From positions 1 through 35,388 of the forward strand of contig JBILJL010000003.1 in the NCBI GenBank assembly GCA_044377255.1: a stretch of 35,388 bases of DNA, written 5' to 3'. The stretch is from Bacteroidia bacterium. Lineage in GTDB: Bacteria; Bacteroidota; Bacteroidia; UKL13-3. Position numbers and translations under genes: made by a program. The first letter of the stretch is position 1. The number at the start of each line of letters is the position of its first letter. The notes below the pieces were generated by a model that worked only from the letters and a program-made list of their open reading frames with translations, searched no databases and was not told where the DNA came from. Shown here in pieces: positions 26,663 through 35,388 of this stretch.

Positions 26663-29600
26663 TTTTTCAGGAAACGTTTATAGCTCACACTTCCATCTTC
26701 TCTGGTTATAGCTAGTAGATATAATCCTGTTTTCAATTCTAGAATTGCTAACTCATTAGCTCTTCCTGTTTCAATATTTTGATGGATCATTTCCAATCCA
26801 CTTAAATTATACACTTTTACTGATAGCAACTCATTTCTATCAGTTCTAATGGTTAATTTATCTGTTGCAGGATTTGGGAAAATAACAATGGGCATAGCGT
26901 TTAATTCAACATTTCCAGTAGTGCTAATGAGGTTAAAAGTTAATCGGCCTAAATTAAACCCTGCTTCATCAAACTTTAATTTTAAAATATGGTTACCTGC
27001 CGGCAATTGAATACTATCTACTTTCTTATTGGCATAAATTTTCCAATTATTTGAAGTACTATTTATCCTAATATTTGATGCAATAGTGGTAGTGTCCATG
27101 GCAATACTAAATGGTCCGCCGCCGCCAGCTAAACCAGAACTGTACCTAAAATTCAATCCATAAATGCCAGATTTTTCAATATTAACTGAATAACTCAGCC
27201 ACTCTCCCTTTTCTATAAATTCCACTATATTGCCTTCACTTCCAAACAAGCCTGCATCAACATATTCTGGACTCCTAAAATTACCTACTTGATTGGTTAT
27301 GGAGTTATCAAAATAGGATACACCTTGCCCTATACCACCCTCAAAATAATCATAATTACCTGCCTCTATACTTTGAGTGGGAATTGTTACAATTTTGTTC
27401 AAATATGGCAGCTGCGACCCAACTATTGCTTCTTCTACATTACTAAAAGAATAGCCAGTATCGGCATATGCTTTTACATAAAAACGATGGATGCCAACAT
27501 TCAATGAAGGAGTAATAATTTGAAATGGCGCTTTGGTAATTGTTCTCAACAAAGTAAGTCCATCATAAAACTCAACCTTACTAGCTATACCTTGCAATAC
27601 TGCTGCATTTAAATAGGCACTTTCTTGTGCCTTCAACTTTTTTTGCAAGGCAGTAATTCTTGCATTAATAGTTACCTCTCTATTAGTTCCCAACATACCT
27701 GGCAAAACAGTTAAAGTAAAGCCATCTGAAAAATTGACTATTAATGGCACAGTTCCATAATTTTTTGCCACATAGGTTTTTACACCCTTCTTGTTAAACA
27801 CCGCAGCTATTGGGTAGTTTGCAGTTACCGAAGCATCTGGATAACCTATACTATTAAACGTATGTAACCAATGATAAGTTTGTGCATCACTGCATCCACC
27901 TTTAGGTTTATAATTGGTATAATTATTATAGAGTTTGATTGCAGTTTCTGGATCTATCATGGCTAAATAGCTCCAATATATTTCAAACCACAAGTTATCA
28001 TTTGGGGTATTTGTGCTTACTCCTGTTTTAAGCTTCATGTCGTTCCAAAGTGTGCGCACATAGGTGGTATCATGCGCCAAATAAAAGGAAGAGCCTGTTA
28101 ATGGAAACAGTTCAATGCCATACATAGCTGCAATATCATTGGTCCAAAAAGTTCCCCTATCATAACCGTTGTTCCAAACCCTAGAGCACATTATCTGAGA
28201 ATAATTTGAAGAAAAATTCCTTTTGCTCTTATTAAAATAATACTCATCTATAGCTGTTTGCTCTGTTGTATAAAGATAGATTCCCAAATCTCTTATGGCT
28301 TTATTCCCTGTAATCTGACCCCACTGAATCAGTGATGCATTAAAATTCATTGCCTCCGATGACGACTCTTGGTTGTTGCCATGAGGTTCATTGTTGAGCA
28401 AGCCAGAGGCAAAACTATGGCCTGCATAAGGACTAAAATTTCTCAAATACGGAAACATATTGTCCGACCTATCCCAATTAGCTGCATCCCTAATCATCAT
28501 GGTTACCATTGGCCCCCAGCTAGCGGCCCAACCGGGCTCAAACTCTTCAATTGCCGCAGCCGTAAGAATAAAATTGCCATAATGAAAATGATGGTCGTTT
28601 ATATTTGCATCCGAAGAATATCCTGCAGGAAAACCTATCAAAGTAGTCCAAGGAATATTATAATAAAACAAAAAAGCATTCTCACCATTCTCAACTTTTA
28701 ACCAATCTTCCAATCGTGCTTTTACTGTTGCTACAATTTTATCCTTGGTTTCAAAATTACCTGTTTGTGCAGCAATTCTAGCAACTTGCATCAACCTGTT
28801 CATGGCCAATCCCTCATTATAAGAATCAGTCCAAGTATCTAATGCAGGATTCTTTAACAAATCAACTTTCAATTGCAAGGCACTGGGATCAAAACCACTA
28901 CTGTATTTTGCTAAATTTGGCAATGTAGGCAATACGCCATTGAATTTATTTTCAACAACAAAGCTATTACCTACCAACATTTTTAATGCTCCTCTCGCAC
29001 TTTGATAGCTCAAGGTTCCAGGCTTTGGTGAACTTAAACTAAGGTGAGCCCATTGGTGCGGCAACAAACCCAAAAGTGCCTCTGTTGATAGTCCTTCCTT
29101 TACCTCTGTAGTCAAGTTAAAGTTGGTTTGAACCAATGCTATTTCTTGGTTATAATTATAACTGGCAGTGCTATTAATTGGAAATACATAAGCGTATTGC
29201 TTAAATAAATTTGCTGTGCTTTGAGCGGCAGCTCCTTGCGGCAACATAGCTGCAGAAAAATAATTTTTACCTGCTAAGGAAGAGGTGTAGGTATTACCCG
29301 TTTTATTCCAAATAGCGCCAACAGGGCCGTATACCGCAAAATTAGAACCACTCAAAGAATTGGTAATTAGCAGCATTTCATTTTGAATACTAACCGTACC
29401 AATGTTAACCGTAATACTTGCTTCGTTGTTAATAGCCTTGGTAAAATATACAAAAGGCATTCCTGTTCCCATGGTGGCTTGCAATTGCTGGGTACCATTA
29501 TTCCAAGCGGTTTGAACCAACCAATCTGAATGATTAGAAACGGTTGGATAAGTTACATTTAAGCCCGTTAAACCAACTAAAATAGGTTGCTCTGGTCCCA

Positions 29601-29946
29601 TAGGTTGCCTTGAATCCAAAGCGCCATTACCCAAAAAAGTATAACTAATAACCAATCCTGTTGAAATTGCTTTCATCGACAAAGGATAGTTATACAGGTT
29701 TGCATTATTGCTACTCAATAAGCCTGTCCACCAATCATTAGTTGGAATGGCTTTGCTTGCTGCCAAGGCAGAAACTCTGGGAGTTCCAGCAGGCTTATTG
29801 TTTCTTCCTGCGGCATCTGCTGGCGGTAATTGTGTGGTATAGCTCCCAGATCCAATTGGAACAACCTGACTAGATACTTTTAGGCAAATAATTATAAAAC
29901 ATACAACTAACAGAAATCTTCCTTGTACTTCAACTTTCAAACCCAT
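26659..29946 (-). CDS. GH81 endo-beta-1,3-glucanase with Ig-like, CBM6-like and T9SS CTD domains
   Basis: IPTNDWW, NDHHFHYG, NNQESSSEA catalytic motifs. IEAGNYD..GEWLSYSVN CBM6-like domain. CTD IFPNPA..GLYLL. Confidence 0.92.
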   Translation of the reverse strand: MGLKVEVQGRFLLVVCFIIICLKVSSQVVPIGSGSYTTQLPPADAAGRNNKPAGTPRVSALAASKAIPTNDWWTGLLSSNNANLYNYPLSMKAISTGLVISYTFLGNGALDSRQPMGPEQPILVGLTGLNVTYPTVSNHSDWLVQTAWNNGTQQLQATMGTGMPFVYFTKAINNEASITVNIGTVSIQNEMLLITNSLSGSNFAVYGPVGAIWNKTGNTYTSSLAGKNYFSAAMLPQGAAAQSTANLFKQYAYVFPINSTASYNYNQEIALVQTNFNLTTEVKEGLSTEALLGLLPHQWAHLSLSSPKPGTLSYQSARGALKMLVGNSFVVENKFNGVLPTLPNLAKYSSGFDPSALQLKVDLLKNPALDTWTDSYNEGLAMNRLMQVARIAAQTGNFETKDKIVATVKARLEDWLKVENGENAFLFYYNIPWTTLIGFPAGYSSDANINDHHFHYGNFILTAAAIEEFEPGWAASWGPMVTMMIRDAANWDRSDNMFPYLRNFSPYAGHSFASGLLNNEPHGNNQESSSEAMNFNASLIQWGQITGNKAIRDLGIYLYTTEQTAIDEYYFNKSKRNFSSNYSQIMCSRVWNNGYDRGTFWTNDIAAMYGIELFPLTGSSFYLAHDTTYVRTLWNDMKLKTGVSTNTPNDNLWFEIYWSYLAMIDPETAIKLYNNYTNYKPKGGCSDAQTYHWLHTFNSIGYPDASVTANYPIAAVFNKKGVKTYVAKNYGTVPLIVNFSDGFTLTVLPGMLGTNREVTINARITALQKKLKAQESAYLNAAVLQGIASKVEFYDGLTLLRTITKAPFQIITPSLNVGIHRFYVKAYADTGYSFSNVEEAIVGSQLPYLNKIVTIPTQSIEAGNYDYFEGGIGQGVSYFDNSITNQVGNFRSPEYVDAGLFGSEGNIVEFIEKGEWLSYSVNIEKSGIYGLNFRYSSGLAGGGGPFSIAMDTTTIASNIRINSTSNNWKIYANKKVDSIQLPAGNHILKLKFDEAGFNLGRLTFNLISTTGNVELNAMPIVIFPNPATDKLTIRTDRNELLSVKVYNLSGLEMIHQNIETGRANELAILELKTGLYLLAITREDGSVSYKRFLKN

Positions 29947-30007
29947 CGTTTTTATTTAATACACAAAGAAAGCAAATGCAAGCTCAAATGGCCTAAGTAA
30001 TGTGGTT

Positions 30008-30024
30008 TGTAGTAGTGTTGTAGT
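30008..30024. promoter_or_regulatory. Putative regulator box, copy 3 (TGTAGTAGTGTTGTAGT)
   Basis: Exact reverse complement of 24951-24967, about 60 nt upstream of the GH81 start. Confidence 0.75.
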
Positions 30025-30056
30025 ATACTTACAAGCAAATATAAAATTTCATCAAC

Positions 30057-30560
30057 CTATTTTACCTTTTCATAAGATTGCACCTCATCGTGAAAAAACT
30101 CCAAACTCACACCTGCTTGTTGCAACATGCTTTCACTCTCCCCTCCCGCATGGTACTTGCGTTCACAAACAACTCTTTTGATACCACAATTAATAATCAA
30201 CATGGCGCAAACTCGGCAAGGCGTCATGCGGCAATAAAGCGTTGAACCATCTAATGAAACCCCATTCTTTGCTGCCTGGCAAATGGCATTTTGTTCGGCA
30301 TGTACGGTACGCACACAATGCTCGGTAATACTATCATCTTCATGAATCATTTTCTTCATTTGGTGACCAACCTCATCGCAATGAGGCAAACCTATTGGCG
30401 ACCCAACATAGCCTGTAACCAATAATTGGTTCTCGCGTGCAATCACACATCCACTTCGTCCACGACCGCAAGTTGCGCGTTTGCTAATGGCTTCCATTAC
30501 CTCCATAAAATACGCATCCCAACTCGGACGAACATATTTAGTTTCTGTTGCTTGGTTCAT
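30057..30560 (-). CDS. dCMP deaminase (ComEB/deoxycytidylate deaminase family)
   Basis: RPSWDAYFM, RATC, HAEQNA and PCRVC zinc motifs. Confidence 0.92.
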   Translation of the reverse strand: MNQATETKYVRPSWDAYFMEVMEAISKRATCGRGRSGCVIARENQLLVTGYVGSPIGLPHCDEVGHQMKKMIHEDDSITEHCVRTVHAEQNAICQAAKNGVSLDGSTLYCRMTPCRVCAMLIINCGIKRVVCERKYHAGGESESMLQQAGVSLEFFHDEVQSYEKVK

Positions 30561-31104
30561 CGTTTATTATTTGATCTAGTTGTTGATACAATTCTTCAAA
30601 GGTACCGTTATTGGTAAAATGATAATCTGCTTGGCTCATGCAAGCACTTAGATTTTGTTTGTTCGGATCAATCGAATTCATTTCTCTTTCTTCATTTGCA
30701 GCAAATGTTTCAAATGAAATATGATCTGTTTCCGATCCTCGCATTAAAATCCGATCATACCTAATTCGCCTATCGGTATCTACCGAAAGTAGTTTAAAGC
30801 CACCTTTGGCCTTTAATGCACTTACTTCGCCTGGTGTTCTAATGCTTTCAATGATACAATTGGCACCCGATTTTTCTGCTTCCTTAAATAATTCTTCAGC
30901 AATAAAACTCGGACTATTATTAGCTCTTAATTCATTTGCAGTATGGGTTAAACTATCGCGATTAACTTCTAAGCCTTTTGCTTTTATGATTGCCATTAAG
31001 TAACCACGTACTGAAAAATGTGTAAACCCGTGTTTAGCAACTAAATAATCTACAATGGTTCCTTTTCCTGCGCCAAGTGTGCCTGTAATGCCTATGATTT
31101 TCAA
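30538..31104 (-). CDS. P-loop nucleotide kinase-like protein (NMP / dephospho-CoA kinase-like)
   Basis: IIGITGTLGAGKGT Walker A, IIESIR..EV, RYDRI..R, ADYHFTNNG. TTG start, and it overlaps the deaminase by 23 nt. Confidence 0.8.
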   Translation of the reverse strand: MKIIGITGTLGAGKGTIVDYLVAKHGFTHFSVRGYLMAIIKAKGLEVNRDSLTHTANELRANNSPSFIAEELFKEAEKSGANCIIESIRTPGEVSALKAKGGFKLLSVDTDRRIRYDRILMRGSETDHISFETFAANEEREMNSIDPNKQNLSACMSQADYHFTNNGTFEELYQQLDQIINDEPSNRN

Positions 31105-31189
31105 AATATAGTTTTTGGTGAAAATAAATAAATTTACTAAAAATCAAAAATATCAGTCGGGTATCAACCAAATTATACCCAACTTAGGT

Positions 31190-31816
31190 CTAATTATATT
31201 TTCCAGTTGCCAGTAATTTACGCATGTTAAGCACTGTTTCAAATGGCGCTTTATCAATAAACAAATTAATTAACCAAGCAGGCACCTCACCACCTGGATC
31301 AATAACCACCTGGTATTCTCCAATGATGCTTTTGGCCGAAGTTGCTTGTATGGTCCACGTAGCTTTTAAAACCGGAATGCGCACATATTCATTCTTGATT
31401 GGATATAAATGACCAACCGCTTTGGTTTCAAAAACAATGGCTTTGTTGACTTGATTTGAGTATGAAATTTGCTGAAAATAGCCATCTCTATCACTTAACG
31501 GCCAAGGCATATTTACTTGTTGGTAATAGATTTGCTCCTGTTTGCTTTTGGCCTGAACCAACTCCGTATGCTTGCACGCAAACAAGTATTTTGGTTGTGA
31601 GGCAACATCTAGTAGCAAAGCAACAAAAGATTGCGCACTGGCATCAAAATTTGCAATAATCTTAAGCTCTTTGATATCGTAACCTTTTACCGTTCTGGTA
31701 TAAACTTTTATTTGCTGTTCATTTCTTACTTCCTTCCAGTCACTTTGTGCAAAGTTTGGTTCGAACCAAAAACAAAAAAGTAACAAAATTAAACGGCTGT
31801 GATTGGAGGTAAGCAT
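31190..31816 (-). CDS. START domain lipid-binding protein
   Basis: Signal peptide, W..IKVYTR, MPWPLSDRD, DPGGEVPAWLIN. Confidence 0.85.
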   Translation of the reverse strand: MLTSNHSRLILLLFCFWFEPNFAQSDWKEVRNEQQIKVYTRTVKGYDIKELKIIANFDASAQSFVALLLDVASQPKYLFACKHTELVQAKSKQEQIYYQQVNMPWPLSDRDGYFQQISYSNQVNKAIVFETKAVGHLYPIKNEYVRIPVLKATWTIQATSAKSIIGEYQVVIDPGGEVPAWLINLFIDKAPFETVLNMRKLLATGKYN

Positions 31817-31954
31817 TAAAAATATTAGCTAATTAAAATGCAATGATGCGCTAAATGCCCCAATAATCAAAACAGCAACTTTGCATTATATTATAGTATC
31901 TGAATTGCTAATCTTCTAAATTAAGCAGTTATATGGGTAAAGTGATTAATTAAT

Positions 31955-31962
31955 TACCTTTG
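31955..31962 (+). promoter_or_regulatory. -7 promoter element for moaA
   Basis: TACCTTTG (TAnnTTTG) about 45 nt upstream of the ATG. Confidence 0.5.
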
Positions 31963-32007
31963 TAAAATAGGGTAGTTTTTGTGCAATAACCCTAACCAAC
32001 AAATTTA

Positions 32008-32988
32008 ATGCTTCAAGATAATTTCAACCGTATTCATGATTACCTGAGAATTTCACTCACCGATGTGTGTAATTTTAGGTGCCAATATTGCATACCTGAT
32101 GAAGACGCACAATTTATGCCAAACAGCCATTTAATGCTGTTGGATGAAATTGTTGGCATTGCTACCCAATTTGTAAATCTAGGAATCAAAAAAATTAGGC
32201 TTACCGGCGGCGAACCATTGGCAAGAAAAGATGCGGCCGATATAATTCTTGCCCTTTCAAAACTTCCTGTAAAACTTACACTCACTACAAACGGTTCGCG
32301 AATTCATGAATTCATTGACGTTTTTAAAGCCGCAAAAATGCGTTCCATAAACGTGAGTTTAGATACATTAGATGCCACAAAATTTCACCAAATAACAAAG
32401 CGTAACCAATTCACACAAGTACTCAATAATATTAACTTACTCATCAACCATGGTTTTCATGTGAAGTTAAACATGGTGGTAATGCGTGGCTTCAACGACA
32501 ATGAAGTACTCAACTTCATAGATTGGACCAAAGACTTGCCCATTCATGTGAGGTTTATTGAGTTTATGCCTTTTACAGGCAATCAATGGGACAATGAAAA
32601 AGTGTTTACATTCCAAGAAATTTTAACACTTGCATCTTCGAAATACCAATACGCAAAACTGCGTGAAGAGCCCAACGAAACCGCCAAAAAATACCAAGTT
32701 ATTGGTCATAAAGGAACCTTTGCAGTTATAAGTACCATGACGGCTCCCTTCTGTGGTAGCTGCAATAGGCTGCGACTAACAGCTGATGGCAAAATGAAAA
32801 ACTGCCTTTTTTCAAAAGGAGAAGTTGGCCTATTGGAAGCGTTAAGAGCAGGCGAAAACCTTACTCCACTCATTAAACTTTGCCTAAACAACAAAGCTAA
32901 AGCCCTAGGAGGCCAATTTGAAGGCGATTACCATCAAATTGACCCTCAGGCCATCTCTAACAGGAGCATGATAAAAATCGGCGGTTAA
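32008..32988 (+). CDS. moaA: GTP 3',8-cyclase (molybdenum cofactor biosynthesis)
   Basis: YLRISLTDVCNFRCQYC radical-SAM motif, RLTGGEP, RFIEFMP, FCGSCNRLRLTADG..CL, C-terminal IGG. Confidence 0.97.
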   Translation: MLQDNFNRIHDYLRISLTDVCNFRCQYCIPDEDAQFMPNSHLMLLDEIVGIATQFVNLGIKKIRLTGGEPLARKDAADIILALSKLPVKLTLTTNGSRIHEFIDVFKAAKMRSINVSLDTLDATKFHQITKRNQFTQVLNNINLLINHGFHVKLNMVVMRGFNDNEVLNFIDWTKDLPIHVRFIEFMPFTGNQWDNEKVFTFQEILTLASSKYQYAKLREEPNETAKKYQVIGHKGTFAVISTMTAPFCGSCNRLRLTADGKMKNCLFSKGEVGLLEALRAGENLTPLIKLCLNNKAKALGGQFEGDYHQIDPQAISNRSMIKIGG

Positions 32989-33052
32989 ATGGCCTATTAA
33001 CTGCTAAACACAAGTTAGTCCCATTCTTACCTTCAACCAAAAAATCTCAAAC

Positions 33053-33088
33053 AAAAAAAGGCCCCATCAGCTAACTGATGGGGCCTTT
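33053..33088. terminator. Rho-independent terminator (U-tract on the minus strand)
   Basis: AAAAAAAGGCCCCATCAG-ctaa-CTGATGGGGCCTTT. Confidence 0.9.
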
Positions 33089-33106
33089 CTCGTATTTAAA
33101 TCCTGA

Positions 33107-35388
33107 TTAGTTTGTTTTCTGAACTTTAAAGCTCTTCAATTCACCATTCATATTAACTTGTACCAAGTACATGCCATTTGAAAGATTAGCCAAATTATCA
33201 ATAGAAATATATTGGTTTCCTTTGTTTACTTCTTTCTCGGTAGTGAAGATGGTACGTCCCATTAAATCTTTAACTTCAATTAAAACCTTAGTGTCTTGTA
33301 ATGAACTTACAAAAATACCAGCTTCATTGTTGAAAGGATTAGGATAAAGTGTGATATCATCATTTTCTGTAGCAGTTAACATAACCACTTTGCTATATTC
33401 AAAATTGCCATCTCTGTCAATTTGCTTCAAGCGGTAATAAACATCGCCATTGCTATTGAATGAAAGAACCTTAGCATCAACAAATGAGTAGGTTTGAACC
33501 GAGGCTGAGTTACCAGCACCTTTTACAAAACCAACTACCTCAAATTCGTTTCCGTTAAATGAGCGCTCTACTTCAAATCCTTTGTTGTTCACTTCAGATC
33601 CAGTAGCCCAATCAATTACCGCATCTTTACCGCTTACAGAAGCTGTTAACGACAACCAGCTTACTGGTAAAGTTCCGTTTGAACCAACTCCCATAGGGTT
33701 TAATATAGTAAGACCACCAATTGTTCTGGTATAAGGATCGGTACCAACTGCCGCACCTGCTGCAAAATTGTTCCAACCATTGGCCATATATCTAGCTACA
33801 TAAGATGATCCACGGGTAAAGCCGCTTAATTCTTGTGTGCCATTCCATTGTAAGGTTACACTTAAGTTAGATCCACCGTTTACAGATTCGCTAACTATCC
33901 AATTTGCAGCAACTGCATTTGAACTTACCGCAGCACCACTTGGAACATTTCCAGTATAAGTTGGGAAAGCACCTACAATTACACGAGATGAATATTGATC
34001 AGCAGTTCCTGTATTGGTTAAGCTAATAGGGTTATAATTAGTTAAAGTTCCAATAGGGAATACAACTGCACCTGTTCTACCAGCCACACCAATGTTTCCA
34101 ATAACTAAACTTCCAAGGTCGTTGGTTACAATGTAATTGGTAGAGGTAACACCTAAAATTCTACCTGTATTACCAATGTTTAAATCATTTACACCCAATT
34201 CTACTTTACCATTGGTTAATTGTAAAGTATCAACAACAGTAAGTGCTCCTGTTAATTTAACACCAGTAGTATTGTTAACTGATACTTTGTTGTAAGAACC
34301 TCCGTTAATTGATTGCTGAGTAGTTCCCATCATATTAATCCAACCAGTTGTTCCACTTATAGTTCCATTGTTGGTTAAATCACCATAGATATTTAAAGCA
34401 GAAGCTGAAGAAGACATGGTTAAGGTTGCTCCAGAATTTACAGATAAACCTTTCATGTTTGCCGATCCAGCCAATACTGGCATATTAAAGGCAGTTGCAG
34501 GAATAACCACATCTACAGCAGAAGTAGGTAATGCAGAACATCCCCAGTTGCTGGTAGTAGTCCAACTTGAACTTGTAATACCACTCCATAAACCAGGTGT
34601 TTGAACCACCATAGGAACAAGGTTAGTAAATGCAACATTACAAGCATTTGTAAGTGCACAACGGATATTGCCACCATTGTAACTTGCAGGAACACTTGAT
34701 ATAGTTAAAGTACTAGTAGTTGCACCTGCAATATTTGAATAACCACTACCTAAATCAATTTGCCATTGGAAGGTTGTTGCGCCTGTTGCAGCCATACTTA
34801 ACACTACAGTTGACCCAGCACAAGTGCTAACAGAAGTTGGTGCAGGCTGACTAGTAATGGTAATAGGACCACTTACAGTTAACATAGCTGTATCTGATGT
34901 TCTATTTCCACAAGTACCAGATATTAACAATCTATATTTGTTGCCATTGCTAGCTACTTGTATATTAGTTTGAATCAAGTTAGCAGAAACAGCCCCAGAA
35001 ATTGTACTGTATGCTCCTCCTGTACTTTCTTCCCACTGGTAGGTTAAATTAGATCCAGTTGCAGCTGCAGTAAATGTTACGTTATCACCTAAACAACCCG
35101 AACCATTGACTGGCTGCGTGGTAATATTGGTTTGAACACCCATGGTTAAAGTAGCAGAATTGGTATTAGCAGTACCGCTTAAATTGGTAATTGTACAACG
35201 ATACATTCTTCCGTTAAATGAAGCATTTAATCCGTTTACAACTAAAGTTGCTGTTGTAGCTCCGGTAATATTGGTAAAGCCACCTCCTGTATTTTGTTGC
35301 CATTGGTAAGATAAACCTGTACCAGTTGCTGTTGTAGTGAAAATTACTGAATCACCATTACATTTTGTTTGACTAACAGGTTGTGAAG
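33107..35388 (-). CDS. Large T9SS-secreted protein with Ig-like repeats, 5' end outside the window
   Basis: The frame stays open from 35206 to the window edge (SQPVSQTKCNGD..LSYQWQ). Repeats ITxQP..Y/FQW, a beta-rich region, an LPVSW..YYRLKQID domain and CTD LYPNPF..GMYLVQV. Confidence 0.88.
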   Translation of the reverse strand, partial: SQPVSQTKCNGDSVIFTTTATGTGLSYQWQQNTGGGFTNITGATTATLVVNGLNASFNGRMYRCTITNLSGTANTNSATLTMGVQTNITTQPVNGSGCLGDNVTFTAAATGSNLTYQWEESTGGAYSTISGAVSANLIQTNIQVASNGNKYRLLISGTCGNRTSDTAMLTVSGPITITSQPAPTSVSTCAGSTVVLSMAATGATTFQWQIDLGSGYSNIAGATTSTLTISSVPASYNGGNIRCALTNACNVAFTNLVPMVVQTPGLWSGITSSSWTTTSNWGCSALPTSAVDVVIPATAFNMPVLAGSANMKGLSVNSGATLTMSSSASALNIYGDLTNNGTISGTTGWINMMGTTQQSINGGSYNKVSVNNTTGVKLTGALTVVDTLQLTNGKVELGVNDLNIGNTGRILGVTSTNYIVTNDLGSLVIGNIGVAGRTGAVVFPIGTLTNYNPISLTNTGTADQYSSRVIVGAFPTYTGNVPSGAAVSSNAVAANWIVSESVNGGSNLSVTLQWNGTQELSGFTRGSSYVARYMANGWNNFAAGAAVGTDPYTRTIGGLTILNPMGVGSNGTLPVSWLSLTASVSGKDAVIDWATGSEVNNKGFEVERSFNGNEFEVVGFVKGAGNSASVQTYSFVDAKVLSFNSNGDVYYRLKQIDRDGNFEYSKVVMLTATENDDITLYPNPFNNEAGIFVSSLQDTKVLIEVKDLMGRTIFTTEKEVNKGNQYISIDNLANLSNGMYLVQVNMNGELKSFKVQKTN

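Noticed and set aside
1-35388. CRISPR array, rRNA, transposase or integrase
   Set aside because: None recognised. The remaining small ORFs in the track overlap larger genes and lack motifs.

Overview
AT-rich Bacteroidota chromosome segment, judged from many T9SS C-terminal-domain proteins and TTTG-N19-21-TAnnTTTG promoters. The centre (7230-29946) is a beta-1,3-glucan (laminarin-type) utilisation regulon with no SusC or SusD in the window. A seven-gene minus-strand operon encodes two uncharacterised outer-membrane beta-barrel candidates, two CBM-like lipoproteins, GH3, GH16 and a clan GH-A (GH158-like) hydrolase. Next to it are a divergent beta-propeller/Y_Y_Y/LuxR-HTH membrane regulator, a non-catalytic secreted protein made of seven repeated modules, and a GH81-CBM6 enzyme. 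A 17-bp box (ACTACA-N5-ACTACA) lies upstream of all three glucan transcription units. Other content: an SBBP propeller protein (cut by the left edge), a T9SS gene whose middle appears replaced by another T9SS gene, tRNA-Phe with a probable island scar, a PKD lipoprotein, a P-loop kinase/dCMP deaminase pair, a START protein, moaA and an Ig-repeat T9SS protein (cut by the right edge). Family calls come from motif recognition only; no searches were run.
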